Counted from the stretch's first letter, positions 16,119 to 27,680 are shown. The stretch: 64,000 nucleotides of DNA from an uncultured virus (IMG/VR IMGVR_UViG_3300044295_000401) (IMGVR_UViG_3300044295_000401), one strand, 5' to 3'. Notes: generated by a model from the sequence alone, not told the origin. Translations and numbers: made by a program.

Positions 16119-17574
16119 AGCTCAAATTTCAAAAAAAGAAGCGAAAGCTGAACTCTGGAGAAGGGGACAGCTTAGTTGGTTATTAGATACTAATCAAAAG
16201 GATCTTTATAATCTTTTTCATAAGTCGGATCATAAGATTCAAACTTGGTTGTTAGCGCGTCGTAGCGGAAAAACACATACACTACTTGTTCTAGCATTTG
16301 AAACTCTTCTTAGAAAACCACGTACCATTGTAAAATTCGTAGCTCCTACTAGATTACAAGTACAAACAATTGTGCGTCCTCTTATTGGTAAGATCACTGA
16401 AGATTGTCCTAAAGATTTAATTCCTGAGTTTAAAACACAAGATTTTATTTATTATTTTCCTAATGGTTCTGAATTACAGTTAGCGGGCTCTGAAAATAAA
16501 AACGCTGAAAAGCTTAGGGGTGGCGAGTGCGATATTGCTATTATTGATGAAACACAAGACGTTTCAGACTTAGATAATATTGTTCAATCAATCTTACTTC
16601 CTACAACCCTTACTACTAAAGGAAAAATTTTAATTGCAGGAACTCCTCCTAGAGAAACAGATCATCTATTTGTTAAATATATTGAAGAAGCTGATCAAAA
16701 AGGCGCATTAATTAAGCGTACTGTATATGATAATCCTCGTATTTCTAAAGATGACTTAGAAAAAGAAATTTTAAGTCAATATCCTCTTAGAGAAAAGTCA
16801 GAAGAATTTCGCAGAGAGTTTTTATGTGAAATTATTAAAGATCAATCTGTTTCAGTTATTCCTGAATTTACTGATGAATTAAAACAACAAATTATTAAAG
16901 AATGGCCTAAACCTCCTCATTTTGATGCATATGTATCAATGGATCTTGGTGCTATAGATTTAACTGCAGTTCTTTTTGGTTATTACGATTTTCGTGCTGC
17001 TAAAATTATTATTGAAGACGAATTAGTTGCAGATTTTTCTAAAAAAGATATGAACATTGAGCGTCTCACTCAATTAATTAAAGAAAAAGAAGAAGGTCTT
17101 TGGACTAACTTAATAACAAATGAATTTAAAAAACCGTATCTAAGGGTTAGCGATATTAATCCTATTGTAATGCAAGAAATTGCTGTAAAATCTTTTGGTC
17201 AAGTGTATTTCACTACAACAAAAAAAGATGAAAAAGAAGCAGCTATTAATAACATGCGTTCTTTATTGGGTGGGCATAAAATTATTATTCACCCAAGATG
17301 CGTTAATTTAATTAGACATTTAGATAACGTTAAATGGAAGTCAGTTAAAAACAAACAGACATTTGCACGTTCACCAGATAATGGTCATTATGATTGTGTA
17401 GATGCTTTAATTTATTTTTGTAGGAATGTTGTTTTTTCTAAAAATCCATATCCTGCAAATTTTGATTTAGGTCAAGGGGATATATTTATTCCTAACCAAG
17501 ATTTATATAATGTTCAAAAAAGATCTAAAGCTATGGCAACTTTCCATAAGATTTTTGGAGCGAAAAGGAAATAA
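16108..17574 (+). CDS. terL: terminase large subunit
   Basis: Walker A ARRSGKT, Walker B IIDE, AGTP coupling motif, RREFLC, nuclease MDLG and HYDCVDA. Confidence 0.9.
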   Translation: METKAQISKKEAKAELWRRGQLSWLLDTNQKDLYNLFHKSDHKIQTWLLARRSGKTHTLLVLAFETLLRKPRTIVKFVAPTRLQVQTIVRPLIGKITEDCPKDLIPEFKTQDFIYYFPNGSELQLAGSENKNAEKLRGGECDIAIIDETQDVSDLDNIVQSILLPTTLTTKGKILIAGTPPRETDHLFVKYIEEADQKGALIKRTVYDNPRISKDDLEKEILSQYPLREKSEEFRREFLCEIIKDQSVSVIPEFTDELKQQIIKEWPKPPHFDAYVSMDLGAIDLTAVLFGYYDFRAAKIIIEDELVADFSKKDMNIERLTQLIKEKEEGLWTNLITNEFKKPYLRVSDINPIVMQEIAVKSFGQVYFTTTKKDEKEAAINNMRSLLGGHKIIIHPRCVNLIRHLDNVKWKSVKNKQTFARSPDNGHYDCVDALIYFCRNVVFSKNPYPANFDLGQGDIFIPNQDLYNVQKRSKAMATFHKIFGAKRK

Positions 17575-17656
17575 TCAAATTTTTTAACAAAAATGGTAAT
17601 AAAAATAATAAGTTCGATGTAATATATTTCAATAATAGCTGGAAGAAAGGATAATT

Positions 17657-19929
17657 ATGCACGTAAACGGCATATATGCAGGACAGGGCGATGGCTCTAC
17701 ATATTTTGCCGCTAAAGAAGCCTCTGAAACATCTTCGATTTTGATGGCTAAATCAAAATCATTCTACAACGTATTAGAAGCTAATTTTTACTTAGAAAAA
17801 TTAGCACGTATGTGGAGAACGTAAACTTTATGCGTTCTATAAACCTGTTCTAATTGACTTGGAACTCCAGAAGTGGACAACAAGGCGGAAGCGAAAGCAC
17901 CGTGAACGACTAAATGAATGGGCGCTTTAAAATTAAAGCGATGCGATAGTCTGAACTATCCTATAACAAAAGAAGGGATAGAGAAAAATCCGAAGTGGTT
18001 TTTCCCCTCTATTAAGAGGAGTAACAAATTGATCATGGTTGTTTCGAGGTCTCTGTTGGCGGCGGTCATCAAATTAGTTTTACTGGTGAACAAGAAGAAC
18101 TAGTTAGTCTTCATATTAATCACTTTCGTAATCTTGGTGAACACATTTTTAACATGGTTACTTCTTCACGTCCATCAATGGATGCACGAGCTATTAATAG
18201 TGACTATAAATCTATCTCACAGACATATCTTGCTAATGGTATTTTAGATTACTATATGCGAGAAAAAAACCTTGAAGATGCATTAAAAACTGCAGTAAAG
18301 ATGGCAATTATTCTTGGTGCCGGTTTCATTAAAATGGAATGGAATGCTACTGCAGGCGATGTATACGATATTGATGAAAACGGTATTGAAATTAAAGAAG
18401 GTGAAATTGAATTCACTAATCTATCTCCATTCGATGTGGTGTTTGATGGTTCAAAAGAATCACATAAATTAGATTGGTATCTTGTTCGTACATTTAAAAA
18501 TCGTTTTGATTTAATTGCTAAATATCCTGAGCTTAAAGACCAACTTATGGCAATTCCTTCTAAATCCGATGCTGGTATTTACAGAATGGCTCTTCTTTCT
18601 AATGACGTAACAGATGATATCCCTGTTTACGAATTCTTCCACAAAAAAACAGAAAGCATGCCTCAAGGGCGTTATATGCTTTTTGCTGATACAAATGCTG
18701 TAATGATTGATACTCCTCTTCCTTACCGGATTATGCCTATTTTCCGCGTATCTGCTGGTGAAATCTTAGGTACCCCATATGGTTATTCGCCTATGTTTGA
18801 TGTATTCCCTATTCAACAAGGTATTGATGGTTTGTATTCTACGATTTTAACAAACCAATCCGCTCTTGGTGTACAAAACGTTTATGTTCCTCGTGGTGCG
18901 GATATTGCTGTAGATAGTTTACATGGTGGTATGAATATTATTGAAGGTAATGCTAAACCGGAACCTTTAAACCTAACAGCAACCCCTCCAGAGATCTTTA
19001 AATTCCTTGAGATGCTTATTGAAGCAGCTGAAACTATTTCTGGTGTAAACTCTGTTGCTCGCGGTCAACCACAAGCTTCACTTAAATCTGGTAATGCTCT
19101 TGCACTAGTACAATCAATGGCACTACAATTCGTATCTGGTCTTCAAAATTCTTATGTACGCTTAATTGAAGATAGCGGTACTGCTATTATTCAAATTCTT
19201 AAAGATTATGCTAATACTCCTAAAGTCGCTGCGCTTGTTGGTAAAAACAACAAAATGCTTCTAAAAGAATTTACTGGAGATGATTTAAATTCTATTAATC
19301 GCGTTGTTGTAGATGTTGGTAATCCCCTTTCTCGTACAATTGCAGGCCGTGTTCAAATGGCTGAGCAAATGATGCAAATGGGTATTATTAAAGACCCAAC
19401 ACAATATTTCCAAGTATTAAATACTGGACGTATTGATGTAATGTATGAGGGTGATATTAGTCAACAGCTTCTTGTTCGTCAAGAAAACGAATGGTTAGCT
19501 GAAGGTAAAAATCCTTTAGTTGCTCCTACCGACCTCCATGCTTTTCATATCCAGGAACATCGTTCTGTATTAGATGATACTGATATTCGTTTAAATCCTG
19601 ATATTACACAAATTGTAATGGATCATATTGAAGAACATTTAAATAAACTTGCAAATACTGATCCAAGATTATTAATGCTTACCGGTCAACAACCATTACC
19701 TCCACCACAAATGGGAGGAATACCTCCTGGTGGACCACAAGGCATGCCTCAAGGTGGTCCAGAAGCGCCTCCACAGGGAGGCCCAAGCCCGCTATCGCAA
19801 TCACCAGCTGGGGCTGAGGTAATTAATGGGCCACAAGGACCACAACATTTACCTAAGCTACCAAAAGTAAATCCTTCTCTTTTACCCAATCCTGAACTTC
19901 AAGAACAAAGTTTAGGTAATTTGAGATAA
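17657..19929 (+). CDS. portal protein, two exons (17657-17822 + 18032-19929; 687 aa spliced)
   Basis: Follows terL; exon join T|AT gives ...ARMWRTYHGCFE... in frame with track ORF 18154..19929; LSPFDV and ISGVNSVARG segments, P/G/Q-rich tail. Confidence 0.85.
17823..18031 (+). mobile_element. group I intron (209 nt, no ORF) in the portal gene
   Basis: P1 AGAACGU / GCGUUCU with U.G at the splice site; P7-type GACUA / UAGUC; terminal G; removal restores the frame. Confidence 0.88.
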
Positions 19930-19932
19930 TCT

Positions 19933-20391
19933 ATGGACCAAGATAATAAACCTATAATTCAATATAATGATCCTCGGGATTATAAAAACGAACAATTAAA
20001 GAAATTTCTTAAAAAAATTTCAATGATTGAGTCTTCTGGTGGAAAAAACTTAAACCACCCAGAAATCACTGACCCAGAAAGTATTCATTATGGTACTTCT
20101 GCAGTTGGCGAATATGGTTTAATGCCTTTAACTGCTAAAGACCTAGATCGTAAATACAGATTAAATGAACTTCAGGGATTAGATAAGTTTGAAGCTCAGG
20201 CTAGACTAGAAGATGATCCCGATCTTGCTCGTTTATTGGCTGAAACTATGGCAAGCGATCTATTAAGTAAAGCAAATAGTGAAAAAGCTGCTTATATGTG
20301 GGAAAAAGGTCAATACAGTAACCCATCTGAACAAACTTTAAAAGCTTCAGATCGAGTTAGAAAGTTTAAGGCATTATCAAATGTCAAATAA
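19933..20391 (+). CDS. lytic transglycosylase / lysozyme-like protein
   Basis: MIESSGG and AVGEYGLMPLTA motifs. Confidence 0.65.
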   Translation: MDQDNKPIIQYNDPRDYKNEQLKKFLKKISMIESSGGKNLNHPEITDPESIHYGTSAVGEYGLMPLTAKDLDRKYRLNELQGLDKFEAQARLEDDPDLARLLAETMASDLLSKANSEKAAYMWEKGQYSNPSEQTLKASDRVRKFKALSNVK

Positions 20392-20548
20392 TCATGGAAA
20401 AGTTATCTTTTTACAGCCTAAAAGTGATACTCTTTTTAGAATTAAAAGGAATAACTTCAATTATTTTAAAAGTTTGTTTTATGCTAGTTTAAGCTTCAAC
20501 ATTCTTTTAATTGCTATTATTATTGGTTTAAAGCTTTAAAGGTGTAAC

Positions 20549-21088
20549 GTGCCAGCTCCCGTTAACCCAAATCGTGGTCAATTAGATAGTACTCAAATAC
20601 TTCAAAGAGCATTTGATGAGACTACAGATCGCATTCGTGCGGATGCATCTGTAACCATTGACCATATTGACGGTGAAGTTTCTGTTGAAATTGACGCTGC
20701 TGATGGCGATAATATTGCATTATCTAATGCTGATGGTAGTAAAAAAGTCACAGTTACTACAGTAGGAGCTAAAAACGCCCTTGATGTTAACGTTACTAAC
20801 CCAGAAATAACGGTTTCCACTCCACTTGTTTCAAATATTAGCATGCCAACTGCTGGAACTGAATATACTTTTACTATACCAGCTGGAACTAAGCGCTTTT
20901 CTATAAAATTACGCGGTGTCGCTCAATTAAATGTTACATATACGTCTGGAGCGTCTGGAACAAATTATATATTAATTTCAGCAGGTTGTGAATATAATGA
21001 AGAAAATTTAGACCTTGGTTCGGGATTACCAATTTACTTCCAAGCTAATAAAAACACTCAGGTTTTGGAAATAATAACATGGAGTTAA
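20549..21088 (+). CDS. putative virion structural protein
   Basis: GTG start; beta-rich; C-terminal domain resembles those of the next structural genes. Confidence 0.55.
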   Translation: MPAPVNPNRGQLDSTQILQRAFDETTDRIRADASVTIDHIDGEVSVEIDAADGDNIALSNADGSKKVTVTTVGAKNALDVNVTNPEITVSTPLVSNISMPTAGTEYTFTIPAGTKRFSIKLRGVAQLNVTYTSGASGTNYILISAGCEYNEENLDLGSGLPIYFQANKNTQVLEIITWS

Positions 21089-21095
21089 CAACTAT
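21085..21095 (+). promoter_or_regulatory. TTAACAACTAT motif, copy 4
   Basis: Overlaps the stop codon of the upstream gene. Confidence 0.6.
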
Positions 21096-21132
21096 TATAT
21101 GAAGCAATGATGCTTCAGAAAGAGGAAAATAA

Positions 21133-22494
21133 ATGATTAACAAAAATAAACTAGTTTTTGATCCCGCAGATGCAGATAATTCTGACTTTGTTGGTTCATA
21201 TGTTCTAGCTAGCGACGGTACTAAGATTACACATACTACCGTTTCTGGTAAAGAAGGACTAGATGTAAATGTAATTAATGCTAGCCTTGACGTGACTGCT
21301 ACTGATCTCGATATTCGTGATCTTAGCCATGCGCAAGACTCAGTAAAAATTGGGGATGGTTCTGATTTCTTAGCTATTAATGCCGACGGTTCTATTAATA
21401 TTACCGATAATGGCGGTAGCTTAACAATTGATGCAATTGATTTAGATATTAGGGATTTAGCTTTTGCGACTGATAAAGTTGATGTAAGCGGATCTTCTGT
21501 GTCTATTAGCGGTGACGTTAACGTAACACAGGGAACTTCACCTTGGGTTATTGGTGATGGCGGCGGTTCAATTACTGTTGATGGTAGCGTATCTATTAGT
21601 TCAATGTCAGGTCAGTATGCAGAAGACTCTGTGCATGCTTCTGGTGACATTGGTAATTTTATGCTTGCTGTTCGCAATGATACTAACGCAGTTCTTACAT
21701 CAAATGATGGCGATTATTCACCTATTGCTGTAAGCTCAAGCGGTGCAGTAAGAACTACTGTAAACTTTAGTGCTGTTAACGGTGGTACATTACCTGGTCA
21801 ACAAGCTATTATTGGTGGTTATGACGGTGCTAACGTTCGTGCCATTAAAGTTGATTCTGCTGGCGAACTTCAAGTAGATGTTCTATCTCTACCTGGAAGC
21901 CTTCAGGGTTATGCTGATGGTTCCGTATGGTCTGCTGGTTCATTCGGTGCTGAGCTTTTAGCTGTTCGTAAAGATGCAGCTGGGCCTCTAACTGGTGTAG
22001 CCGATGGCGATATGTCGCCTCTACAAGTCAATGCTAACGGAGAACTAAAAGTATCTGCTGCAGTTGATTTTGCTGGTGATTATGCTGAAGATTCTGCTCA
22101 CTCTAGTGGTGATATCGGTCTTTACATGCTCTCAGTACGTCAAGATACGCTAAGTGCTTCTACTTCTGCCGATGGTGATTATCAATCATTTAAGACAGAT
22201 GCACTAGGTCGTCTATATGCTAATAACAGTCATCAATCAATGGCATACGGAGCTGTATCAGTAACAACCTCTGCTACAGATCTAGTTGCTTCTGATCTAG
22301 CTAACCGTAAACGTATTCTTATCCAGAATCTCGGTTCTAAGAAAGTGTACCTTGGAGATGCTTCAGTAACAGTTGGTTCTGGTATTGAACTATTTTCAGG
22401 GGCTAGCATGGAATTAGATGTAGGTCCTGGTATTAACCTCCACGCAATCGCTGCTTCCGGTACACAAGATATCCGTGTAATGGAGCTTGCTTAA
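21133..22494 (+). CDS. virion fibre/decoration protein with internal repeats
   Basis: LDIRDL twice; YAED/YAD...LAVR...DGD.S three times; C-terminal NRKRILIQN domain. Confidence 0.6.
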   Translation: MINKNKLVFDPADADNSDFVGSYVLASDGTKITHTTVSGKEGLDVNVINASLDVTATDLDIRDLSHAQDSVKIGDGSDFLAINADGSINITDNGGSLTIDAIDLDIRDLAFATDKVDVSGSSVSISGDVNVTQGTSPWVIGDGGGSITVDGSVSISSMSGQYAEDSVHASGDIGNFMLAVRNDTNAVLTSNDGDYSPIAVSSSGAVRTTVNFSAVNGGTLPGQQAIIGGYDGANVRAIKVDSAGELQVDVLSLPGSLQGYADGSVWSAGSFGAELLAVRKDAAGPLTGVADGDMSPLQVNANGELKVSAAVDFAGDYAEDSAHSSGDIGLYMLSVRQDTLSASTSADGDYQSFKTDALGRLYANNSHQSMAYGAVSVTTSATDLVASDLANRKRILIQNLGSKKVYLGDASVTVGSGIELFSGASMELDVGPGINLHAIAASGTQDIRVMELA

Positions 22495-22511
22495 TAATTA
22501 GGTAATTAAAA

Positions 22512-22763
22512 ATGGAAAAACCACAACATCCAGATATTGTCGCAATTGATAATACACTAAAACTTCTTAGGCGAGGAAAGTGGGAGATGGAAGGCGAGGA
22601 AGTTCTTGCCTTTTATCGCGTTTTTGAATATTGGGCTAAACGTTTAGCTGAATTAAAAAAACCACCAGTAGTAGCTAAACCCGTAGAGTCACCTATCGCT
22701 GCTCCTGTCCCTGCTCAATCTGAGCAAAATGAAAAGAAACCCCGTAAGAAAAAAGGTGAATAA
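22512..22763 (+). CDS. hypothetical protein
   Basis: 83-aa ORF in the structural operon. Confidence 0.55.
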   Translation: MEKPQHPDIVAIDNTLKLLRRGKWEMEGEEVLAFYRVFEYWAKRLAELKKPPVVAKPVESPIAAPVPAQSEQNEKKPRKKKGE

Positions 22764-24130
22764 TGCCTATTTCTAATAACCCTGAATATGATAAAATTAT
22801 TTCAGGGTCTTTTACAGCTAATGCTCAAACATTAGATATTACAAGTTCTAATATTGGAACTGTTAGTGTTCAAATAACAGGTACTTGGGTGGGTACTATT
22901 GTTCTTGAAGTATCTAATGATGGAACTAATTGGGTTCAAAAAACACTAACTAATTCAAATTCATTAGCCTCTGCTTCTAATATTACAGATAATGGTATTT
23001 ATATATGTGACACAAATGGGATTGCAAATGCCCGTTTACGAGTAACAGCATGGACTTCAGGAACCGCTTCTATTTCAAGCTATGGTTCAGATGCGGCTTC
23101 TATCCATATCCTAGAGAAGCAAGGTCAAAATACAATGGCACAATCTGTGCCTGTAGTTATCGCTTCTGATCAATCTACTTTAAACGTCGCGGTTACTTCT
23201 TCTGTTGAGGTTGAAGTAAAAAACGATAGCGGTAATCCTATTCCTGTTAATGGCACAGTTGCTGCTACTCAAAGTGGAACTTGGACGGTTCAACCTGGTA
23301 ATACTGCAAATACTACCCCTTGGCTTACGACTATCAATCAAGGCGGCAATAGCGCAACTGTAACCGCGGCTAATGCTTTAAAAGTTGATGGGTCTGCAGT
23401 TACTCAACCCATTTCAGCTGCTTCTTTACCTCTCCCAACAGGCGCAGCAACATCAGCTAACCAAACGACCGAAATTACATCTTTACAATTAATTGATGAT
23501 TTACCGCACGCACAAAACGCTACTTTAAATAAAGGCGTTCCTGTAATGGGTCAATTAGATGATACTAGTACAACGGCTGCTACTGAAGATGCAGTTGCTG
23601 TAGCTCGTATTACCGCTCAGCGTGCTATTCATACTAATTTAAGAAATAATAGCGGAACAGAAATAGCCACCGCTACAAATCCTTTACGAGTAGACCCTAC
23701 CGGAACTACAATTCAACCTGTAAGTGGAACTATTACTGCAAATCAAGGCGCCCCTAATACTCCTACAAATGCTTGGTTTGAAAAAATAACAGACGGTACA
23801 GATACTGTAAAAGTTACAACAAATAGTGACCTTTCTGTTTCCGATGGATTGAGAAATGGTGGCGTTTATGGTGCAGTAACGTTAACAACTGCTAATACTG
23901 CATATGAAGCAAAAGTTGGTGTAGCAAGACTCTCTAATAGGAAATCATTAACTATTACAGCATTAGATGATATGTTTTGGGGGTATGATAGTTCGGTAAC
24001 CACTTCTACTGGAACACCATTATATAAAAATCAACAAATTTTCTTTTCTATAGACCCCGATAGTACTTTTCAAGTTTGGTTAGTAGCTTCGGCTAATACT
24101 AAATCTGCTAGGATAACAGAGGCTCCATAA
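22763..24130 (+). CDS. virion fibre-like protein
   Basis: T/S/A/N-rich; QITGTWVGTIVLEVSNDG N-domain; C-terminal NRKSLTI domain. Confidence 0.6.
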   Translation: MPISNNPEYDKIISGSFTANAQTLDITSSNIGTVSVQITGTWVGTIVLEVSNDGTNWVQKTLTNSNSLASASNITDNGIYICDTNGIANARLRVTAWTSGTASISSYGSDAASIHILEKQGQNTMAQSVPVVIASDQSTLNVAVTSSVEVEVKNDSGNPIPVNGTVAATQSGTWTVQPGNTANTTPWLTTINQGGNSATVTAANALKVDGSAVTQPISAASLPLPTGAATSANQTTEITSLQLIDDLPHAQNATLNKGVPVMGQLDDTSTTAATEDAVAVARITAQRAIHTNLRNNSGTEIATATNPLRVDPTGTTIQPVSGTITANQGAPNTPTNAWFEKITDGTDTVKVTTNSDLSVSDGLRNGGVYGAVTLTTANTAYEAKVGVARLSNRKSLTITALDDMFWGYDSSVTTSTGTPLYKNQQIFFSIDPDSTFQVWLVASANTKSARITEAP

Positions 24131-25503
24131 TGCGTAGTGGAAAAGTATATAGTTCTTCAGTAGCTAAATCTACTCCATTTGATAACTCTACAAACGGGTT
24201 TACTTCTACTGAAGTACAAAGTGCAATTGAAGAAGTTAAGAATCTTGTTACAGAGGCTAGAAAAGTCAAACAAGCCTTTGAAGATTTCATGTTCGATGCT
24301 TATGCTGGTAATGGTGGTAACGATAACCAATATGCTTTTACTGCAATTGCTAATGGTGGTAGTTCAAACGTAGATGGTGCTGTTACTGCTGTTGGAAACG
24401 ATTATGAAGGAATTCATATATTAGATTCTTTAACATCAGCAACAGCTCGACCGTTAGTGGATGCATTTAATCAGGTTAATCGTATTAAATTAGGAGCTTT
24501 AACTGAAAATTTTGAATTTCGTGTTCGAGTTGAAACTTTAGCAACAACTGCACAAAAATTTACAACTAGATATGGATTAATGGATGTAAATACTGCCGGT
24601 CTAGCGCCTAATTTTATTGGATTTTCATATGATCCAGTTTATCCGGTATCTCCTGTTGCACAAGTAGTTACAGTAACACCTGTTACTACATCAAGAGAAC
24701 CAACTCAAGTATTTACTGAAACATTAAATGGGACGCCATATACATATACTTATACAACCCAGGAAATTATTCAATTAACTACTTGGACTAGAGCAAATAA
24801 TACACTTTATCGTGTTACAATTAATGGAATTAATTGTGATTATACTTCAGATGCTAATGCTACTGATGCAGAAATTGCTACTGGGTTAGCAAATGCAATT
24901 AATACTAATGTTGGTGGTACAGTTACTGCAACAACAACCGGTGGAACAAAGCCAGTTACTATCACAGGTAATGTGACTGGTGTAAGTTTTACCTGGTCCG
25001 TTAGTGCAAATATAACAGCCTCTGATATTACCGCTCAACCAAATGCAACAACTATTTGTAATTCATTAAGAGCTTCTATAAATGCTGATGGACCATTACC
25101 AATAACAGCTTCAGGAACCAGTACATTAATTTTAACTTCTGATACAGCAGGAACTCCGTTTACTTATTCTGGAACAGCTAATTTAACAAATGTTTTAACA
25201 ACAGCTAATGTTGTTGAAGTTTTATATTCCGGTAATTGGATTTGTACTGTGTCTAACAATTCTACTGTAACTTCGGTTGATTCTGGTGTTCCGGTTGTTG
25301 CTAATAAATGGGATCGTTTATCCGCTACTGTTAACGCTGCCGGAACTACAACGTATTTTTATATTAATGAAGTTTTAGTTGCAACAATTAATACACAAGT
25401 GCCATTAGTAGGGATGAGATTTATTTTTAAGTTAGAGAAAACATTAGGAACAGTTTCTAGAACTACATCTATTGATTATATTTATTGGAATAAGGAAAGA
25501 TAA
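24130..25503 (+). CDS. virion structural protein with lectin-like C-terminus
   Basis: STEVQSAIEEV motif; T-rich beta composition; VDSGV...FYINEVLV...SIDYIY. Confidence 0.55.
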   Translation: MRSGKVYSSSVAKSTPFDNSTNGFTSTEVQSAIEEVKNLVTEARKVKQAFEDFMFDAYAGNGGNDNQYAFTAIANGGSSNVDGAVTAVGNDYEGIHILDSLTSATARPLVDAFNQVNRIKLGALTENFEFRVRVETLATTAQKFTTRYGLMDVNTAGLAPNFIGFSYDPVYPVSPVAQVVTVTPVTTSREPTQVFTETLNGTPYTYTYTTQEIIQLTTWTRANNTLYRVTINGINCDYTSDANATDAEIATGLANAINTNVGGTVTATTTGGTKPVTITGNVTGVSFTWSVSANITASDITAQPNATTICNSLRASINADGPLPITASGTSTLILTSDTAGTPFTYSGTANLTNVLTTANVVEVLYSGNWICTVSNNSTVTSVDSGVPVVANKWDRLSATVNAAGTTTYFYINEVLVATINTQVPLVGMRFIFKLEKTLGTVSRTTSIDYIYWNKER

Positions 25504-25504
25504 T

Positions 25505-26203
25505 ATGGATTTTATTATCAAAAAAGCATTATCTCTTACTGAAGAAGAAAAAACACTTAGAGGTATTGTTGGTATTCCTGATAATTGGCCTATCGAAAAA
25601 TATCAATATGTTGACACCATACCAGAAAATTTTGAGTTAATTTCCGAAGAAAATTTAAATTTACTAATTGCAAATAATCAAACAGATTATGATGCGTGGT
25701 TACAAAGTTTAAGACCTATTATTCAATTACCCGCACCAGCCCCAATGGCGGTTCAAACTCAGTTTGAACGAACTGATATTGTTTTAAAGGTCGGATGCCA
25801 AGAAGCAACATTTGATGAAAATGGATTTGCTGAAGTATCTATTAAAGTACCTGGAACACCAGGCACTGAAGACGGGCGTTACGTAGCTGGCGGGTATGCT
25901 TTTACTGATTCTTACACTTTTGGTGATAGAATAACTAAAATTCAAGTAGTAGATATTGATAATATTTTAGGGTATGGCGCTGAAACTGTTGTAAAAACAT
26001 ATCATGATCAAGATCTTATTGAAGGAGAACAGGGATGGTTTATGTGGCCTGCTCCTCAAGTTGGTGGTGAAATTGAAATTGATCCTATGGGGTATTATGG
26101 TTTCATTCCAGCCGGATTATACTTAGAAATTTACTTCCAACGTGCTGCTAGTGGAACTGCGACAAAAGTATATATTGACTATTATTGGGGTAAATCAAAA
26201 TAA
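25505..26203 (+). CDS. hypothetical protein
   Basis: Likely start MDFIIKK directly after the upstream stop. Confidence 0.55.
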   Translation: MDFIIKKALSLTEEEKTLRGIVGIPDNWPIEKYQYVDTIPENFELISEENLNLLIANNQTDYDAWLQSLRPIIQLPAPAPMAVQTQFERTDIVLKVGCQEATFDENGFAEVSIKVPGTPGTEDGRYVAGGYAFTDSYTFGDRITKIQVVDIDNILGYGAETVVKTYHDQDLIEGEQGWFMWPAPQVGGEIEIDPMGYYGFIPAGLYLEIYFQRAASGTATKVYIDYYWGKSK

Positions 26204-26754
26204 TGGATATTCAAGTAGGTGATATTGTATTTTCTGGCAAAAGAAAAGCCGGGTTTTATTCTAAATCTGTTATGTTTTTTACAGAATCACGATGGTCACA
26301 TTGTTTTTTTATTATGACCGATGTTGCTAATGAAAAAGCAGTTTTAGAAGCAGATTTAAAATGTCAAGTTGTCCCTTGGCAAAGAGAATATGAAATAAAT
26401 GATAATGACTATTACGAAGTTTTTCGTCCAATTAAAGCTTCTGAAGAAGAAAAAATAAACTCCGCTAATAGAGTTTATCGTGAATATTCTGGTGAAGAAT
26501 ATGGGTTTCTTCAAATTCCTTGGTTTGTATGGGATTCTATTTGTAAGAAAATTGGATGGAGTTCAGGTAAAAATTGGTTTCCTAGCGGAGCTATTTGCTC
26601 AGAAGTTCAAGTCGATTATATTCAAGGATTAAATGTCGAATATGATGAAGCCTATAAAGACTACCAAGATTTAAACAGAGTAAGTCCAGAAGACAGTTAT
26701 CAAATTGTAATTAATCGACCTGACTTATTTAAATTTGTAGGAAAGCGCCTTTAA
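26203..26754 (+). CDS. permuted papain-like (NlpC/P60, YiiX-like) enzyme
   Basis: GDIVF, SRWSH, Y, ICSE, SP motifs in permuted His-before-Cys order. Confidence 0.7.
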   Translation: MDIQVGDIVFSGKRKAGFYSKSVMFFTESRWSHCFFIMTDVANEKAVLEADLKCQVVPWQREYEINDNDYYEVFRPIKASEEEKINSANRVYREYSGEEYGFLQIPWFVWDSICKKIGWSSGKNWFPSGAICSEVQVDYIQGLNVEYDEAYKDYQDLNRVSPEDSYQIVINRPDLFKFVGKRL

Positions 26755-26913
26755 ATGGCTAAAATAATTACAAAAGCTGTTAATAAAAATAATTCAAATA
26801 ATGGAACAATGTCCATTAAACACGTTAAATACGTGAAAAAACACAAGAATTTAAAAAAATATCTATTAGCTAGCATTTTAGTTAATATAATGAGTCTAAG
26901 TTATTTAATTTAT

Positions 26914-26924
26914 TTAACAACTAT
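26914..26924 (+). promoter_or_regulatory. TTAACAACTAT motif, copy 5
   Basis: 12 nt before the ATG at 26937. Confidence 0.6.
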
Positions 26925-26936
26925 AAAGTAGGAATT

Positions 26937-27272
26937 ATGGAACCAACCTTTTTAACAAACCAACAAGTTATTATCAACGGTGATATGGGCAGTAATTTAG
27001 ACTCTGGCACCATTGATATTGGCGAATATCCAGGATATTGTGTACATGCTATCTGGTCTGGCACCCCTGTGGGTAATATTACTATTGAAGGTTCTAATGT
27101 TGATAACTCTAATAGCTTTAAAGCGGTTGTAACTCAAGCTGCTGGCGGAGCTGCTGGTGTCCTACTTAGTAATCAAATCTCTCAACATTATAAATATTTA
27201 CGTATTAAATATACAAAAACATCATCTACTGGCGTTTTAAATGTATATGTTTCAGCTAAAAGGGCTCAATAA
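26937..27272 (+). CDS. small beta-sandwich virion protein
   Basis: WSGTPVGNITIEGSN...YLRIKY pattern, similar to the N-domain of 22763..24130. Confidence 0.55.
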   Translation: MEPTFLTNQQVIINGDMGSNLDSGTIDIGEYPGYCVHAIWSGTPVGNITIEGSNVDNSNSFKAVVTQAAGGAAGVLLSNQISQHYKYLRIKYTKTSSTGVLNVYVSAKRAQ

Positions 27273-27281
27273 ATAAGCTAT

Positions 27282-27530
27282 ATGGCAAAAAAGTTTATTT
27301 TTAAGTCAATTCATAAGTCTAAATCTGGTGGTTTAACTGAGGCTGGTAGAAAAGCTTATAATAAAGCAACTGGATCTAATCTAAAACCACCTCAACCCCA
27401 AGGTGGGGCTAGACAAAAATCATTCTGTGCTCGTTCTAAGGGTCAACAAGAGATGCACCACATTGATTGTAAGAAAGACCCTGATAAACGTATTTGTAAA
27501 GCACGTAGACGTTGGAAGTGTTTAAATTAA
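27282..27530 (+). CDS. conserved basic phage protein (GGLT..GRKAYN...SFCAR...RWKC type)
   Basis: Recognisable motif family of small phage proteins of unknown function. Confidence 0.65.
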   Translation: MAKKFIFKSIHKSKSGGLTEAGRKAYNKATGSNLKPPQPQGGARQKSFCARSKGQQEMHHIDCKKDPDKRICKARRRWKCLN

Positions 27531-27680
27531 TATGGCTGCATATAATACATTTTCTGTTCTTAAACCTATGTTAAAAGATACTTACTCTAAAAAGGGTAAA
27601 AAACTTAAAGGCTTAAAGGGTCCTCCTTCGATGCCTAAAGCTGCTTTACCTGAACTACCAAAAATGAAGGGGATGAAATA

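Noticed and set aside
17918..18103. 61-aa track ORF between terL and portal
   Set aside because: It lies across the intron core and portal exon 2 in another frame; spurious
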